Below are positions 30,758 to 41,033 of a DNA stretch of 56,702 nt, piece by piece. Under the pieces are notes generated by a model. It was not told the DNA's origin. It did no database searches and saw only the letters and a list, made by a program, of their open reading frames with translations. The first letter of the stretch is position 1. Every line of letters begins with the position of its first letter. This stretch comes from a virus. Lineage: Duplodnaviria > Caudoviricetes. Made by a program: the position numbers and the translations under genes. The stretch lies in IMG/VR virus record IMGVR_UViG_3300039668_000004, positions 1-56,702 of that record, one strand, 5' to 3'.

Positions 30758-32233
30758 ATGCCGACCATCACCACGCCTCCAATCGCTGGCAGTCCGGCCA
30801 GTCCGGTTTCCGCTCTGCCGAGCGCGCCAGTGTATGGCTTGCCGTATGTGCCGGATATCGACTTCGCCGACAAGGATCCTGCCGACATCGTGAGCGAGGT
30901 CGTGCTGGATTATCAAGCGACATTCGAGGCGCTTACCGGCATCGCCAAGACGCTCGCACCAGGCGACCCAGTGCGGCTGTTCCTTCTCGTCGTCTGCCAT
31001 TGGCTGTCGCACCAGCGCACGCTGATCGACTTCACGGGCAAAATGAATCTGCTCAAATACGCGCACGACGATTACCTCGACAACCTCGCTGCGCTGCATG
31101 GCAACCGCACGCTGCGACTGCAGCCCTCTCCCGCGTTGACAGTCCTGCGCTTCACGCTCGCTGCGCCTCTCTCCTTCAGCGCAACCATACCGAAAGGCAC
31201 GATGTGCCAAGCGCCGAACGCGGTCGTGTTCGTCACGCTCGCGGCAGGCATCATCGCGGCAGGCGATCTCACGGTTGACGTAGCGGCGCAGGCGCTCGTC
31301 AACGGGGAAGTCGGCAATGGCTTCGGGGCTGGACAGATCAGCAGCGTGATCAACTGGAATCAGCCGTTTGGAATCTCGGTGAGCAACACCATCGTCACCG
31401 CAGGCGGGAGCGACAAAGAAACCGACGATCAATACCGCTACCGCATCTGGCTCGCCATTGAATCTTATTCGACGTGCGGGCCACATGACGCCTACGAGTT
31501 CTGGGCGCTGTCGGCGCATCCCGACATTATCCAAGCGGTCATTTACAGCGCGCCAGAGATCGCCGGCGAGGTTTGGATTTATCCGCTGCTCAAAGGCGGG
31601 CAGTTGCCGACGCAACCAATCCTCGACGTTGTGCTCGCGGTCTGCAGCGACGTGGCGCGGCGGCCGTTGACTGATTACGTGAGCGTGTTCGCGCCGACCG
31701 TGTTCACTTACACGCTCAACGTTGATTACTGGGTTGAGAAGGACAACGAGGTTTTGCTCGCGACCATTCAGGAGAACGTCAATCAAGCGGTCGCTGACTG
31801 GATTCTGTGGCAGCGCAGCTACGTCTCGCGCGATCTCAACTGCGACGAACTCGCCAAGCGATGTCTGCAGGCGGGCGCGAAACGGATTGTGGTTCATTCG
31901 CCGCTGCCGGAGTTCCAAGTGATGAATTACAACCAGCTTGCGGTCTGCGACCCGAACGGGCCACCTGCCGATCAAAGTTTTACAGATGGAGTGAACACAA
32001 CTGGCACACCAATCTGGCACAGTGCCAGTGCCAGCTTTGCGCAGAGCGACGTTGGATTGTCGATCAGCGGCGCGAACATTCCAGCAGGCACCACGATCTT
32101 GTCTGTGCAAAGTGCTACTCAGATCACGCTCTCAACGAACACCGAGACGGGCACAGGTAGCGGTCTATCGTTCACGATTCATGCGCGCCTGCCGCCTGTT
32201 CTCGTCAACTTTGTCGGCCTCGAAGACGCATGA
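30758..32233 (+). CDS. Baseplate J-like protein
   Basis: LAPGDP, LLKYAHDDYLDNL, GGSDKETDDQYRYR, GPHDAYEFWA, RPLTDYV. Confidence 0.92.
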   Translation: MPTITTPPIAGSPASPVSALPSAPVYGLPYVPDIDFADKDPADIVSEVVLDYQATFEALTGIAKTLAPGDPVRLFLLVVCHWLSHQRTLIDFTGKMNLLKYAHDDYLDNLAALHGNRTLRLQPSPALTVLRFTLAAPLSFSATIPKGTMCQAPNAVVFVTLAAGIIAAGDLTVDVAAQALVNGEVGNGFGAGQISSVINWNQPFGISVSNTIVTAGGSDKETDDQYRYRIWLAIESYSTCGPHDAYEFWALSAHPDIIQAVIYSAPEIAGEVWIYPLLKGGQLPTQPILDVVLAVCSDVARRPLTDYVSVFAPTVFTYTLNVDYWVEKDNEVLLATIQENVNQAVADWILWQRSYVSRDLNCDELAKRCLQAGAKRIVVHSPLPEFQVMNYNQLAVCDPNGPPADQSFTDGVNTTGTPIWHSASASFAQSDVGLSISGANIPAGTTILSVQSATQITLSTNTETGTGSGLSFTIHARLPPVLVNFVGLEDA

Positions 32234-32321
32234 TTCTAACTCATAACACCAACGAGGATAGACGGCGCGGGCTGCTGTCAAGCGTGAGGAAAAGCCACGC
32301 GACATCCCGCGCCACACATCA

Positions 32322-33476
32322 ATGAGTTCGACGCTGCGCAAGTCCAAACTGGTTGATCTCTGCACGCCTTCGATCAGCTACGATCGGCAGGTTCAATCCG
32401 GCTGCGCGGCGTTCGACAACCAGATGTATGAAATCATCGACGCGACCGGAGTGGTCGTGATGATTCCGAACATCATGGGCCTCACCGATTCAAACCTCGT
32501 CAACATTCTGGCGTGGCAGTTCCACGTGGACTTTTACGACGCCTCCAAGCCGCTTGAATTCCGCAAGAACCTCGTGCAGCAAGCGATCAGCTGGCACAAG
32601 CGCAAAGGCACCGTCGCGCTCGTTCAGGAAGTGCTCGACACGTATTGGCCAGGTGGAGCGACGTTGCTCGAATGGTATGCCTATTACAATCCGCTCCCGC
32701 CGAATTATCCGACTGCGCCGGGCTGGCACGACCGATATCGGTTCCGCGTTTACGTTGACGAGCAGATCATCCAACCGGCAGACGAAGCGGCGGTCCTCAC
32801 ACTGATCGAACATTACAAGCCGATCTCGCGCTGGTGCGAAGGCATCTTCCGCGCAGAGACGAGCGAGTGCGACATCGGCTGGTATGGAATGCTGCTGCGC
32901 TTCATCTACCGCGAGAGCGAGCCGCCTGACCGCACGATTGAGGCAGAGACGTATCACTTGGCTGCGCCTCCAGATGCGAGCGGCCCTGTCGCCGTTCACT
33001 CCGATTTGTTCACGGTCGCGCTGCCGACGCTGAGCACAGTCGATGCGATTGTGACAGTGACACCGGATGATGGAGGCCAAGGAGGCACGTTCATTCCTGC
33101 GAGCGCGAAATTGTCGAACGCGAATCCGGTTGCGCAGTTCGCTTACATGCCAGCATCGGCTGGCGACAAGACCATCAGCGTCACCAATGACAGCGGCCTC
33201 GCGGATCCGCCCGCAGTGAATTACCACGCCAAGGTTGTCGCGGTCACTTACACGCTGATCGGCCCTGCTGCTGGTTACATCGGCGTGGCGTCCACGGTGT
33301 TCACCGTCGCGCTGCCCATCAACACGATCACGAGCGCGCCTGTCACAATTACGCCAAGTGACGGTGGCGCGGGCGGAACCTTTACGCCTGCCAGCGTGCA
33401 GTTAGATCAGACGCTGCGATCGTTGTATGACAAAGCGGCAGGCGGCTCTGCAACCTTCACTTACACTCCCGCCTGA
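32322..33476 (+). CDS. Tail protein I (P2 gpI-like) with C-terminal Ig-like repeats
   Basis: LAWQFHVDFYD..HKRKGT..EWYAY; two FTVALP..TP.DGG.GGTF.PAS repeats. Confidence 0.85.
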   Translation: MSSTLRKSKLVDLCTPSISYDRQVQSGCAAFDNQMYEIIDATGVVVMIPNIMGLTDSNLVNILAWQFHVDFYDASKPLEFRKNLVQQAISWHKRKGTVALVQEVLDTYWPGGATLLEWYAYYNPLPPNYPTAPGWHDRYRFRVYVDEQIIQPADEAAVLTLIEHYKPISRWCEGIFRAETSECDIGWYGMLLRFIYRESEPPDRTIEAETYHLAAPPDASGPVAVHSDLFTVALPTLSTVDAIVTVTPDDGGQGGTFIPASAKLSNANPVAQFAYMPASAGDKTISVTNDSGLADPPAVNYHAKVVAVTYTLIGPAAGYIGVASTVFTVALPINTITSAPVTITPSDGGAGGTFTPASVQLDQTLRSLYDKAAGGSATFTYTPA

Positions 33477-34732
33477 TGGCCAAAGACATTACCATTTCGG
33501 TTGCGAATGACGGCGGGCTCGCTGACCCGCCGCCGCTGATCTACTCCGTGACGCCCCCGCCACTGCATGAAGGCGACACGGTGAGCGATTGGCTCGACAG
33601 CAGCGCGATGTTGAATGACGCCTTGAAACGCGGAAACCCGATCTTCAAGGAAAAGATCATTGGCCCGTGGCCGGTCGTGCGCCTCGGGGCTTCTGGCGAC
33701 GGATTCGACTTGAAGCACGCGATCTCCGGCGCGAATGACTGGACAATCCTTGCTGTGATTAAAACACTCAATCCAGCGGCCGTCTCAATGCTGATGGGCG
33801 GCACCGATGACGGGCCGTTTGGGCCGTATTTCGACGGAGCCGTGACGCCTGCAGCTTCCGTCTATGGACGCACGCAAGCGCAGACATTTCGCAGTTACGG
33901 ATTTGAAACAGCATGGAGCGTGTGGGCAGTGTCATCCTCTACCGCGCTCGGCCCCGTGTGTTACAACAACGGCGGCGGGCTGGACGGTTACGGAGTAAAC
34001 CCAGTGTCTTACATCGGCGACTTCATGAACATCGGCGGTCGCCAATCGGATAACCTTTTTCCCGCCAATCTTGACATCGCTGAGATTCTGTTCTGCGGGA
34101 CGTTCTTAGGCGACACCACCATCAAAGCCGCCTCGCAGACGCTGAGCGACAAATACAACTTCGGCCTCGCAGTCGGCACGGCGATAGATTTGTCCATGCT
34201 GCCCGCGCTGCAAGGCTGGTGGAAAGCCGACGCGCTGACAGCGATGTTCGGCGGGCCGGTCGTGCTCGACATTCAATCACCGGCAGGCGAAGGCTTCGGC
34301 GCGATCTCTGCTCTGGACGCCAGCATCACTGATACCGGCACGCTTTTTACTTCGACTGGCGGCAAGCTGCATCACGCTACGATGTGGGTCCAGCTGACCG
34401 GCGCGCCAGCTGGCAACATCGTTTGCCATATCTGGAGCCACGATCTGACCAAACTGCTCGCAGCGTCCGATCCAATTCCGGCCTCGTCGTTCTCTGCTTC
34501 AATGAAGGCAGAGGACTTCACGTTCAGTGGCGCGAATCGGCTTGTCCTGTTCAGTGGCCAGCGATACGGCATCACTGTCGGGCGAACTTATCCTGACAAT
34601 TGCGGCTGCGTCGCTAGCATTGGCCCGCACTCAACTGCGCCTGAAACCGCGTGGACGCTGAATTTCGATGGCAGCCAGTGGACGAACTATGCGGCCTACT
34701 CAGACCCGTTTGCGGTGTATGTAACCAAATGA
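33476..34732 (+). CDS. Putative tail / receptor-binding protein (LamG/ConA-like)
   Basis: IGGR..DIAEIL..LSDKY and WWKAD motifs; N-terminus continues the Ig-like repeat of the upstream gene. Confidence 0.55.
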   Translation: MAKDITISVANDGGLADPPPLIYSVTPPPLHEGDTVSDWLDSSAMLNDALKRGNPIFKEKIIGPWPVVRLGASGDGFDLKHAISGANDWTILAVIKTLNPAAVSMLMGGTDDGPFGPYFDGAVTPAASVYGRTQAQTFRSYGFETAWSVWAVSSSTALGPVCYNNGGGLDGYGVNPVSYIGDFMNIGGRQSDNLFPANLDIAEILFCGTFLGDTTIKAASQTLSDKYNFGLAVGTAIDLSMLPALQGWWKADALTAMFGGPVVLDIQSPAGEGFGAISALDASITDTGTLFTSTGGKLHHATMWVQLTGAPAGNIVCHIWSHDLTKLLAASDPIPASSFSASMKAEDFTFSGANRLVLFSGQRYGITVGRTYPDNCGCVASIGPHSTAPETAWTLNFDGSQWTNYAAYSDPFAVYVTK

Positions 34733-34745
34733 AGGAAATCACATC

Positions 34746-36536
34746 ATGAGCCTAGCGAAACAAGAGTTCACAGATGCGGGCCGCTCCATGTTGGGGCGCG
34801 CGCAGAACGGCGAGACATTGACCATCAGCAAGATCGTGATGGGCAGCGGCGTCGCTGCAGTGCCCAGCGATCTATGGCCGCTCGTTGACCCGATTGCAGA
34901 GCAGACGCCGCTGATTCCGATATCCAGCAAGCGCGACTATGGCAACGGCACTTTGCTGGTTGAAGGGAGCGTGCGCAGCGATCAGGTCGGCGCCGCGTTT
35001 TATCTGCGCGAGGTTGGCGTCTATGCGCATATCGGCAGCGAGGCTGACAGGCTCTACTCCATCGCCAACGTTTTCGCAGACCCGCCCGACTTCATTGATC
35101 CTGCCGCGCCGACCGTGCAGGTGTTCAAGATCAAGCTGGTCGTTGATCGCATTCCGACTGATGACGTCGTCGTTCAGATCGGGCCGAGCGAGGCGGTGAG
35201 CGGAGAGAACATCGGCGCGGACATGGATGGTCACGGTGTTTACAAAGACACCCAAGGCAACGTGCTTCGGTTCAAGCGCGTCGCTGCAGGCCCGCACATG
35301 GACATCACGGAAGATGTCGATGAAAACCTGATCACGATTGGCGTCAAGGTTGTCGAACGCGACCTCGACTTTTACGTGCCGCTGACTTATCCAGGCATCA
35401 CCGACCCTGCGAGTTTGTTCGCGACGATTCAGGATGCTCTCGACAGCGTGGCGGATCTGATTATTCCGGCCAATCGGCAAGTGACCGTTCACGTTTATTC
35501 CGGCCACTTCGCGCAGACCGCGAACATCACGCATCCCAATGCCACACAAATCAAGATCGTCGGCATGGACGTAGTGCAGCTTGCGATCACTGGCACAATC
35601 ACTGTTGCGGTCGCAGGCGCTGCGCCCAACTACACCGTGAGCGTCGTCGTGCCGAGCCTCACCGGCATCGCGGTTGGCGACGTGGTTCAAATCTTCAACG
35701 CGCCACACGGGCTATTGGAAACCAGCGGCTACGTTGTGGCGACACGCCCGACGCCCGCGCCAACCGTGGACATTCGGATTCGCAGCAACGTCGCGCCAAC
35801 GAGCATCGCTGCAGGCAGCGCGAAACTGATTCTCTATCCCTCGCAGATCACGACGAACGTTCCTGCGGGCGCGACGATCTTCCAGACGCGCTACGGTGTC
35901 GGGCTGATCAAGAATTTCGGCGTTCGCAACACGCTCTCCACGCCTGTCGGCCTCGGCTTGGTCCTCAATGGGCCATGCACAATCGAGAAGATCGCCGTGT
36001 TAGGATTCCAGTTCGGCATTGGAATTCAAACGGGCAGCACGACGATCAATCCGTCCATCGCTGCGACGCAGAATACTTTCGGCCTCCAAGTCGCGCCGTA
36101 TGCAGGCTGTGTCGTAGGGCCGCCAAGCGCCGATGGAATCAATCGCGTGGTGTTCAGTGGCAACCTCAACTACGGCATCTGGGTGGCGAGCGGCAGTTAT
36201 CAGTCCAGCAGCAACACATACAACTACGTGAACGCGAACAGCACGGACGGCATCCGGTGCGACAACGGCTACTTCGCCAGTGGCAACCAGCCAGCGACGA
36301 CCGGAGGCTTGGTGTGCTGCTGGAACAATGTCGGCCTCTCTGCCGCGATCATCGGCATCATCTTTACCGCGCTCAATGCGACGAACGCGGTTGCGCTGAA
36401 CGTGGCGTTCGATTGTCAGGCTGTCTCTGGCGGTCAGATCAGCGTCGTTCACAACGTGAATAACACCGGCCACTACGTTCCGGCGAATGGCGTGCTCGGA
36501 CCTGACGGTGGGTATGTCAACGTGCAAACACCGTAA
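34746..36536 (+). CDS. Tail fibre / tailspike (P2 gpH-like N-terminus, beta-helix C-terminus)
   Basis: FTDAGRSML..ISKIVMGSG..FYLREVGVYA; FATIQDALD followed by N/G/I-rich beta-helix repeats. Confidence 0.8.
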   Translation: MSLAKQEFTDAGRSMLGRAQNGETLTISKIVMGSGVAAVPSDLWPLVDPIAEQTPLIPISSKRDYGNGTLLVEGSVRSDQVGAAFYLREVGVYAHIGSEADRLYSIANVFADPPDFIDPAAPTVQVFKIKLVVDRIPTDDVVVQIGPSEAVSGENIGADMDGHGVYKDTQGNVLRFKRVAAGPHMDITEDVDENLITIGVKVVERDLDFYVPLTYPGITDPASLFATIQDALDSVADLIIPANRQVTVHVYSGHFAQTANITHPNATQIKIVGMDVVQLAITGTITVAVAGAAPNYTVSVVVPSLTGIAVGDVVQIFNAPHGLLETSGYVVATRPTPAPTVDIRIRSNVAPTSIAAGSAKLILYPSQITTNVPAGATIFQTRYGVGLIKNFGVRNTLSTPVGLGLVLNGPCTIEKIAVLGFQFGIGIQTGSTTINPSIAATQNTFGLQVAPYAGCVVGPPSADGINRVVFSGNLNYGIWVASGSYQSSSNTYNYVNANSTDGIRCDNGYFASGNQPATTGGLVCCWNNVGLSAAIIGIIFTALNATNAVALNVAFDCQAVSGGQISVVHNVNNTGHYVPANGVLGPDGGYVNVQTP

Positions 36537-36538
36537 TC

Positions 36539-36564
36539 AGCTTATCTTGAATTCATGATAAGCT
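36539..36564. repeat. 26-bp palindrome, copy 4 (left border of the modification cassette)
   Basis: AGCTTATCTTGAATTCATGATAAGCT; starts 2 bp after the fibre stop codon. Confidence 0.95.
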
Positions 36565-36680
36565 GCCAAATGCCCGTAGAATCGTTTTGTGACGCGCGCG
36601 GGTCTGCTGCTCGGCGTGCGCGCAAACAAACTCGATACGCGCAGGCCTGCGCACGGCCTTGGCACGAATAAAGGCTGATC

Positions 36681-37022
36681 ATGCCACGTTTCGCGGTCAT
36701 TGCGGTTTTCACGGTCGAAGGTTTCCATCGCTGGCCGGACGCTCCGGCGCCGGTCGAGTTCCTGCGGCAGCGGCATCGCCATTTGTTCCACGTGGAACTT
36801 TCGCGGTGGGTGACGCACGCTGATCGCGACATTGAAATCCTGATGCTGCGCCGACGCGGCATAGAAGTGCTCTGCGGCGAGTATGGATTGCCGTGCGAGT
36901 TCGGCAGCCTCTCCTGCGAGCACATCGCCGATTTCCTGCTGCGCGCGCTCAACCTGTCACGTTGCAAGGTCTTGGAAGACGGCGAGAATGGGGCGGTCGC
37001 CTATGATGTCCATCCTTCGTGA
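36681..37022 (+). CDS. dpdL: QueD-like T-fold protein, DpdL-type (predicted 7-carboxy-7-deazaguanine decarboxylase)
   Basis: LRQRHRHLF fits the LxxxHRHxF signature I recall for DpdL. Also EGFHRWP, SCEHIA, EDGENGA. Cluster has folE/queD/queE but no queC. Confidence 0.7.
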   Translation: MPRFAVIAVFTVEGFHRWPDAPAPVEFLRQRHRHLFHVELSRWVTHADRDIEILMLRRRGIEVLCGEYGLPCEFGSLSCEHIADFLLRALNLSRCKVLEDGENGAVAYDVHPS

Positions 37023-38010
37023 TACAATCGCCAACCTGCCGCCGTTCACGCACGGCGACATCAAGCCGCGCGAGTTGGTGCAGGAGCTCGCCTACGACCG
37101 CCACACGATTGAGGCAGCAGCGCAGCCGCGCCTCTACCAGTTTGAAACGACCGCTCGCTGCAATCTGGCGTGCCCGTTCTGCCCGCGCACGATTGACCTT
37201 GTGCCGAACAAGCGGCGAGACATGGAGGCGACCGTCAAGCTGGCCGACTTCGTGAAGGTCCTCGATCAAATGCCGTGGCTACGCAGCCTTGAACTGTTCC
37301 ACTTTGGAGAGCCATTCATGCAGAACGACTTTCATGAGTTCGTGCAGGCGTGCACAGATCGCGGGATATATTCGGTCGTCGCTTCCAATCTGCTGCCAGC
37401 GACGGAAGCAAAGCTGGACCGTGCTTTCAAAGCTGGCCTGAACTTTCTCGTCATGGACGTGGACAGTCTCAACGCCGATCGCTACGCGAAAGCGCGGGTC
37501 GGAGGAACACTTGCCCGCCTGCATGAACGAGTCTGCTACATCCTCGCGCACGCCGAAAAGCCGTGGTGCGTCGCCCAGACCATCATGTTGAAAGACAAGC
37601 CGGAATTCACCATGCAGGAATTTCTCGAATGGAGCGGCGGCCTCCGCCCTGACGAGATCCGCTACAAATTCCTTGATTCCTTCCGCGGCTTTGTAACGCA
37701 AAAAGGCACGCTCGGCGAAGAAGATGTCTGTCGAGAAGCCTTTTACGGTTTCACCGTGCACGCGAACGGCAATGTCGTGGCGTGCGACCGCGACTGGGCC
37801 GGAGAGAACGTGATGGGCAACGTTTTCAAGGAGGATGTAATGGCGATCTGGCATGGCGCGAAGTTTAACGCCTTCCGCGCGCAGATGAAGTCGAAAAACA
37901 AACCGGCGATGTGTAAGGGCTGCAAGGAGGGAAGGATGGTCAATGCGCGCTCGCAGCCGCATATCCAAGTGAACATGTTCAGAGGCGCGGAGGTTTATCA
38001 CGACCGATGA
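37003..38010 (+). CDS. Radical SAM protein with SPASM domain
   Basis: CNLACPFC (CxxxCxxC), HFGEPF; C-terminal CREAF..GNVVACD..MGNV..IW..CKGC. Confidence 0.92.
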   Translation: MMSILRDTIANLPPFTHGDIKPRELVQELAYDRHTIEAAAQPRLYQFETTARCNLACPFCPRTIDLVPNKRRDMEATVKLADFVKVLDQMPWLRSLELFHFGEPFMQNDFHEFVQACTDRGIYSVVASNLLPATEAKLDRAFKAGLNFLVMDVDSLNADRYAKARVGGTLARLHERVCYILAHAEKPWCVAQTIMLKDKPEFTMQEFLEWSGGLRPDEIRYKFLDSFRGFVTQKGTLGEEDVCREAFYGFTVHANGNVVACDRDWAGENVMGNVFKEDVMAIWHGAKFNAFRAQMKSKNKPAMCKGCKEGRMVNARSQPHIQVNMFRGAEVYHDR

Positions 38011-39056
38011 TTTACTTCCTGCCGATTGAACCGCTCGAAGCGCGCTACTCCGCGCAGATGCTCAAATGGGTGAGCGACGATCTGGAAAACCTCGTCGGCG
38101 CAAAACGCTTCGCGGTGCTGCTGCCCTCTGCGCCCAACCGATCAATCGCGCATGGACAATTCCTCGACGATTACGCCTCCACTCAATTCAAGGCGTGGCA
38201 GCTGGCGATGGTGTCGTATCTGTTCCAGAGCGGCAAAGTTCACACCGGCGACGTTTTCCTTTTGGGCGACGTGTGGTTTCCAGGCATCGAGGCAGTCCGG
38301 ATGATGGCAGACCTTGCCGGCGTCGGCGTCAAGATCGTCGGCTGGCACTACGCGGGCACCTTTGACCCTGCCGATTACTACAGCCGCTCGCTTGGGCCTT
38401 GGGCGCGGCGGTTTGAGGAAATGCTTTGCGAGCACGTTCTGGACGCGGTGTGCGTCGGCTCGCGCTCTCACGCTGATCTGCTGCGCAGCAACTTGAAGGT
38501 CGCAGTCCATCCGTTCGGCCTCTCATGGAAGCCACAGACGCTGATCGAACACCGCGACGAGCCACGCGAAAACATCGTGGTGTTTCCGCATCGCATCGCG
38601 CCAGAGAAAAACGTGCAGGCGTTCCTTCGCTGCGCGCGCAAGTTCAAAGGCAAGGGCTGGCGCTTTGTGATCTCGACGCCGATGGACGAAGCGCAGCGTC
38701 AGGCGGCTCTGCTGCTCGCGCGCGAGACCGTCGAAGTCGTCGCGCACAACAAAGCCGATTACTACGCGCTGCTGCGACGCTCCAAGATCGTTTACAGCGC
38801 AGCCAAGCAGGAAACCTTCGGCTACGCGATCAATGAGGCAATCGCGTGCGGCTGCGGCGTGGTCGCGCCGAACCGGCTGAGTTATCCAGAGGTGTTGGAG
38901 CACGATCAAAAGTTTCTCTACGGCGAGGACGATCAGGACGGTGTCGCGCTGCTCGCTCAGCGCATGGCGAACCATGTGCCGGTGCCGTTCAGTTACACCG
39001 ACAAGTATTCAAACTCGACGGTTCGCTTCCTCCGAGCCATTCTGCCTGTGCTGTGA
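38007..39056 (+). CDS. GT-B (GT4-like) glycosyltransferase
   Basis: FPHRIAPEKN, QETFGYAINEA (ExFG..E), PNRLSYPE. Confidence 0.88.
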   Translation: MIYFLPIEPLEARYSAQMLKWVSDDLENLVGAKRFAVLLPSAPNRSIAHGQFLDDYASTQFKAWQLAMVSYLFQSGKVHTGDVFLLGDVWFPGIEAVRMMADLAGVGVKIVGWHYAGTFDPADYYSRSLGPWARRFEEMLCEHVLDAVCVGSRSHADLLRSNLKVAVHPFGLSWKPQTLIEHRDEPRENIVVFPHRIAPEKNVQAFLRCARKFKGKGWRFVISTPMDEAQRQAALLLARETVEVVAHNKADYYALLRRSKIVYSAAKQETFGYAINEAIACGCGVVAPNRLSYPEVLEHDQKFLYGEDDQDGVALLAQRMANHVPVPFSYTDKYSNSTVRFLRAILPVL

Positions 39057-39925
39057 AAATTTTTGTCGCTGGCGCTGGCAACTACGTCGATGCGCTGCGC
39101 ATGACCGGATTGTTTGGCGGGCTGGATTGCTTTTCGAGTTACTTCGACGTGCGCGAGGTGGCGCGGTTCAAGATGTTGCGCAAGCATCGCCCGCGCTCGG
39201 TCGTCTGCGACAGCGGCGCGCACGCATACTTTTCCGCGAGCGGCGTGCAGAGCGCGTCGCCGGTCAAGCTGGCAGCGCGGCTGGATGCGCCAGACGATTA
39301 CGTGGAAGGCTACGCGAAATTGATTCATGAGGCGCTGCCGTTCGTGGATAAATTCGTTGAGTTCGACACCGTCGATATCCACGGCAAAAAGTTTCAGGCG
39401 TGGCAGCGCAAACGTTTACTCGAGGCGGTGCGCGACCCTGCGCGATTGATTCCAGTTTACCGGGCCAGCGAGCCGCGGAGCGCGCTGCACAAGCTGATGG
39501 ATGAGTTCACGACCATCGGGCTTGAAGGCTATCGCAACAAAACTTTCCTGCTGCCGGATTACCTCGACATCACGCGGAAGTGCTACGAGAAGCAGATCAA
39601 GGTCCATGTGTTCGCGTCGGTTGATCGACGATTCCTGATGCAATGTCCGGTGTTCTCGACTGACAGCAGCAGTTGGAGCATGGTCTATCGGGCTGGCGTC
39701 TTCAATCGCTTCACCGGCAAAGGCATGAGCAACGTTCACCGCACGCAAATCCCTCGCAGATTTGACATCGCGCTTGGCGTGGCCGAACCGCTTGCGAAGG
39801 CGCAGGTCAAAACGGCGACGGTGTTTCGTTACCGCGATCTGATCCGCACCTCGCTTGAACAATATGAAAAGTTCGCTCGTTACCTCACCGATGTATGGAC
39901 AGCACGGGGAATAGTCTGGCAGTAG
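39053..39925 (+). CDS. dpdA: DpdA-like DNA guanine transglycosylase (TGT fold)
   Basis: DSGAHAYF, FVEFD, LIPVY, VHVFA and STDSSSW occur in TGT-barrel order; GTGA overlap with the glycosyltransferase gene. Confidence 0.75.
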   Translation: MKIFVAGAGNYVDALRMTGLFGGLDCFSSYFDVREVARFKMLRKHRPRSVVCDSGAHAYFSASGVQSASPVKLAARLDAPDDYVEGYAKLIHEALPFVDKFVEFDTVDIHGKKFQAWQRKRLLEAVRDPARLIPVYRASEPRSALHKLMDEFTTIGLEGYRNKTFLLPDYLDITRKCYEKQIKVHVFASVDRRFLMQCPVFSTDSSSWSMVYRAGVFNRFTGKGMSNVHRTQIPRRFDIALGVAEPLAKAQVKTATVFRYRDLIRTSLEQYEKFARYLTDVWTARGIVWQ

Positions 39926-40590
39926 GCAAACGGACATTCCGCATCGTGCCGCTGGCGCTGCTGGTCAAGGCAGACTGGAATTACAAAAAGGAAGATGAGG
40001 AGCGGTCGAAAAAACTCGTCGCCAACCTCAAGCGCAACGGCCAAGTCGAAACGCTCCTGGTGCGCCACCTGCCAAACGGCAAGATGGAAGTCGTCAACGG
40101 CAATCACCGATACGACGCGCTCGCGGAACTCGGTGTTAAAAGTGCGGCCGTATGCGATCTCGGAAAAGTCAGCAAAGCCGAAGCGATGCGGCTGGCGGTC
40201 GAGACGAACGAGACAAACTTTGAAACCGACTACGTCAAGCTGTCGGGCTTGTTCAAGGAGATGAAGCTGGAATTCAAGGAGGACGATCTGCTTTCCACGC
40301 TGCCTTTCGATGCGCGCGAACTCAGCGACATCGAACAGATTACCAGTTTCGAGTGGCCGCAGGCGTATGAGAAACCGGACGCGCAGCGAGGCGCAGCAGC
40401 GCGCGCGAAAACTGAGCCGTTCGTTTTTCACCTCACCTCTGCAGAGCAGAACGCATGGACAAACTTTCAAGCGCGCAGCGGTCAGCCAACCGCCGAAGCT
40501 GCGCTGATGTTCGCCATTCGCGGCGAGAGCAGCAACGGACAGAAACGCGGCAACAACCGCCGCACGCCGCTACCGCCCAAACCAAAGTGA
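39895..40590 (+). CDS. ParB/Srx N-terminal domain protein
   Basis: KLVANLKRNGQVETLLVR..EVVNGNHRYDAL (GxxR motif). Confidence 0.85.
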   Translation: MDSTGNSLAVGKRTFRIVPLALLVKADWNYKKEDEERSKKLVANLKRNGQVETLLVRHLPNGKMEVVNGNHRYDALAELGVKSAAVCDLGKVSKAEAMRLAVETNETNFETDYVKLSGLFKEMKLEFKEDDLLSTLPFDARELSDIEQITSFEWPQAYEKPDAQRGAAARAKTEPFVFHLTSAEQNAWTNFQARSGQPTAEAALMFAIRGESSNGQKRGNNRRTPLPPKPK

Positions 40591-41033
40591 AGACCTGCAC
40601 GAAAACCTACGTGGACATTCCTTTCGCACATCGCGCGCCGTTTCACGATGGTCACTGCGCACTTATCCACGGCCACAATTGGTCGTTCGAGATCACATTC
40701 ATTGCGCGGGAAGCGGACGCTAACGGCTTCATCGTGGACTTCGGCAAGCTGCAGCCGTTGAAGGAAAACCTGATGGCGATGTTCGATCACAAGCTGGTGC
40801 TCAATGACAACGACCCGCTGGCAGAGAAGCTGATCGCCTTCACAGCGAAGTGGCACATCAGCAACATCGTGCGATTGCCGGACTGTTCCTGCGAAGGCAT
40901 AGCCAAGTTTGTTTTCAATCTTGCTGACGGCTGGGTGCGCCTGATCACCGACGACCGCGCCCGCGCGCTGCGAGTGGTAGTGCATGAGGATGCCAAGAAT
41001 TTTGCCTCGTATGGAGCAATCGCTGAAGGTTAA
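40587..41033 (+). CDS. queD: 6-carboxy-5,6,7,8-tetrahydropterin synthase
   Basis: FAHR..CALIHGHNW, GFIVDFG, FDHKLVLN. Confidence 0.92.
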   Translation: MKTCTKTYVDIPFAHRAPFHDGHCALIHGHNWSFEITFIAREADANGFIVDFGKLQPLKENLMAMFDHKLVLNDNDPLAEKLIAFTAKWHISNIVRLPDCSCEGIAKFVFNLADGWVRLITDDRARALRVVVHEDAKNFASYGAIAEG

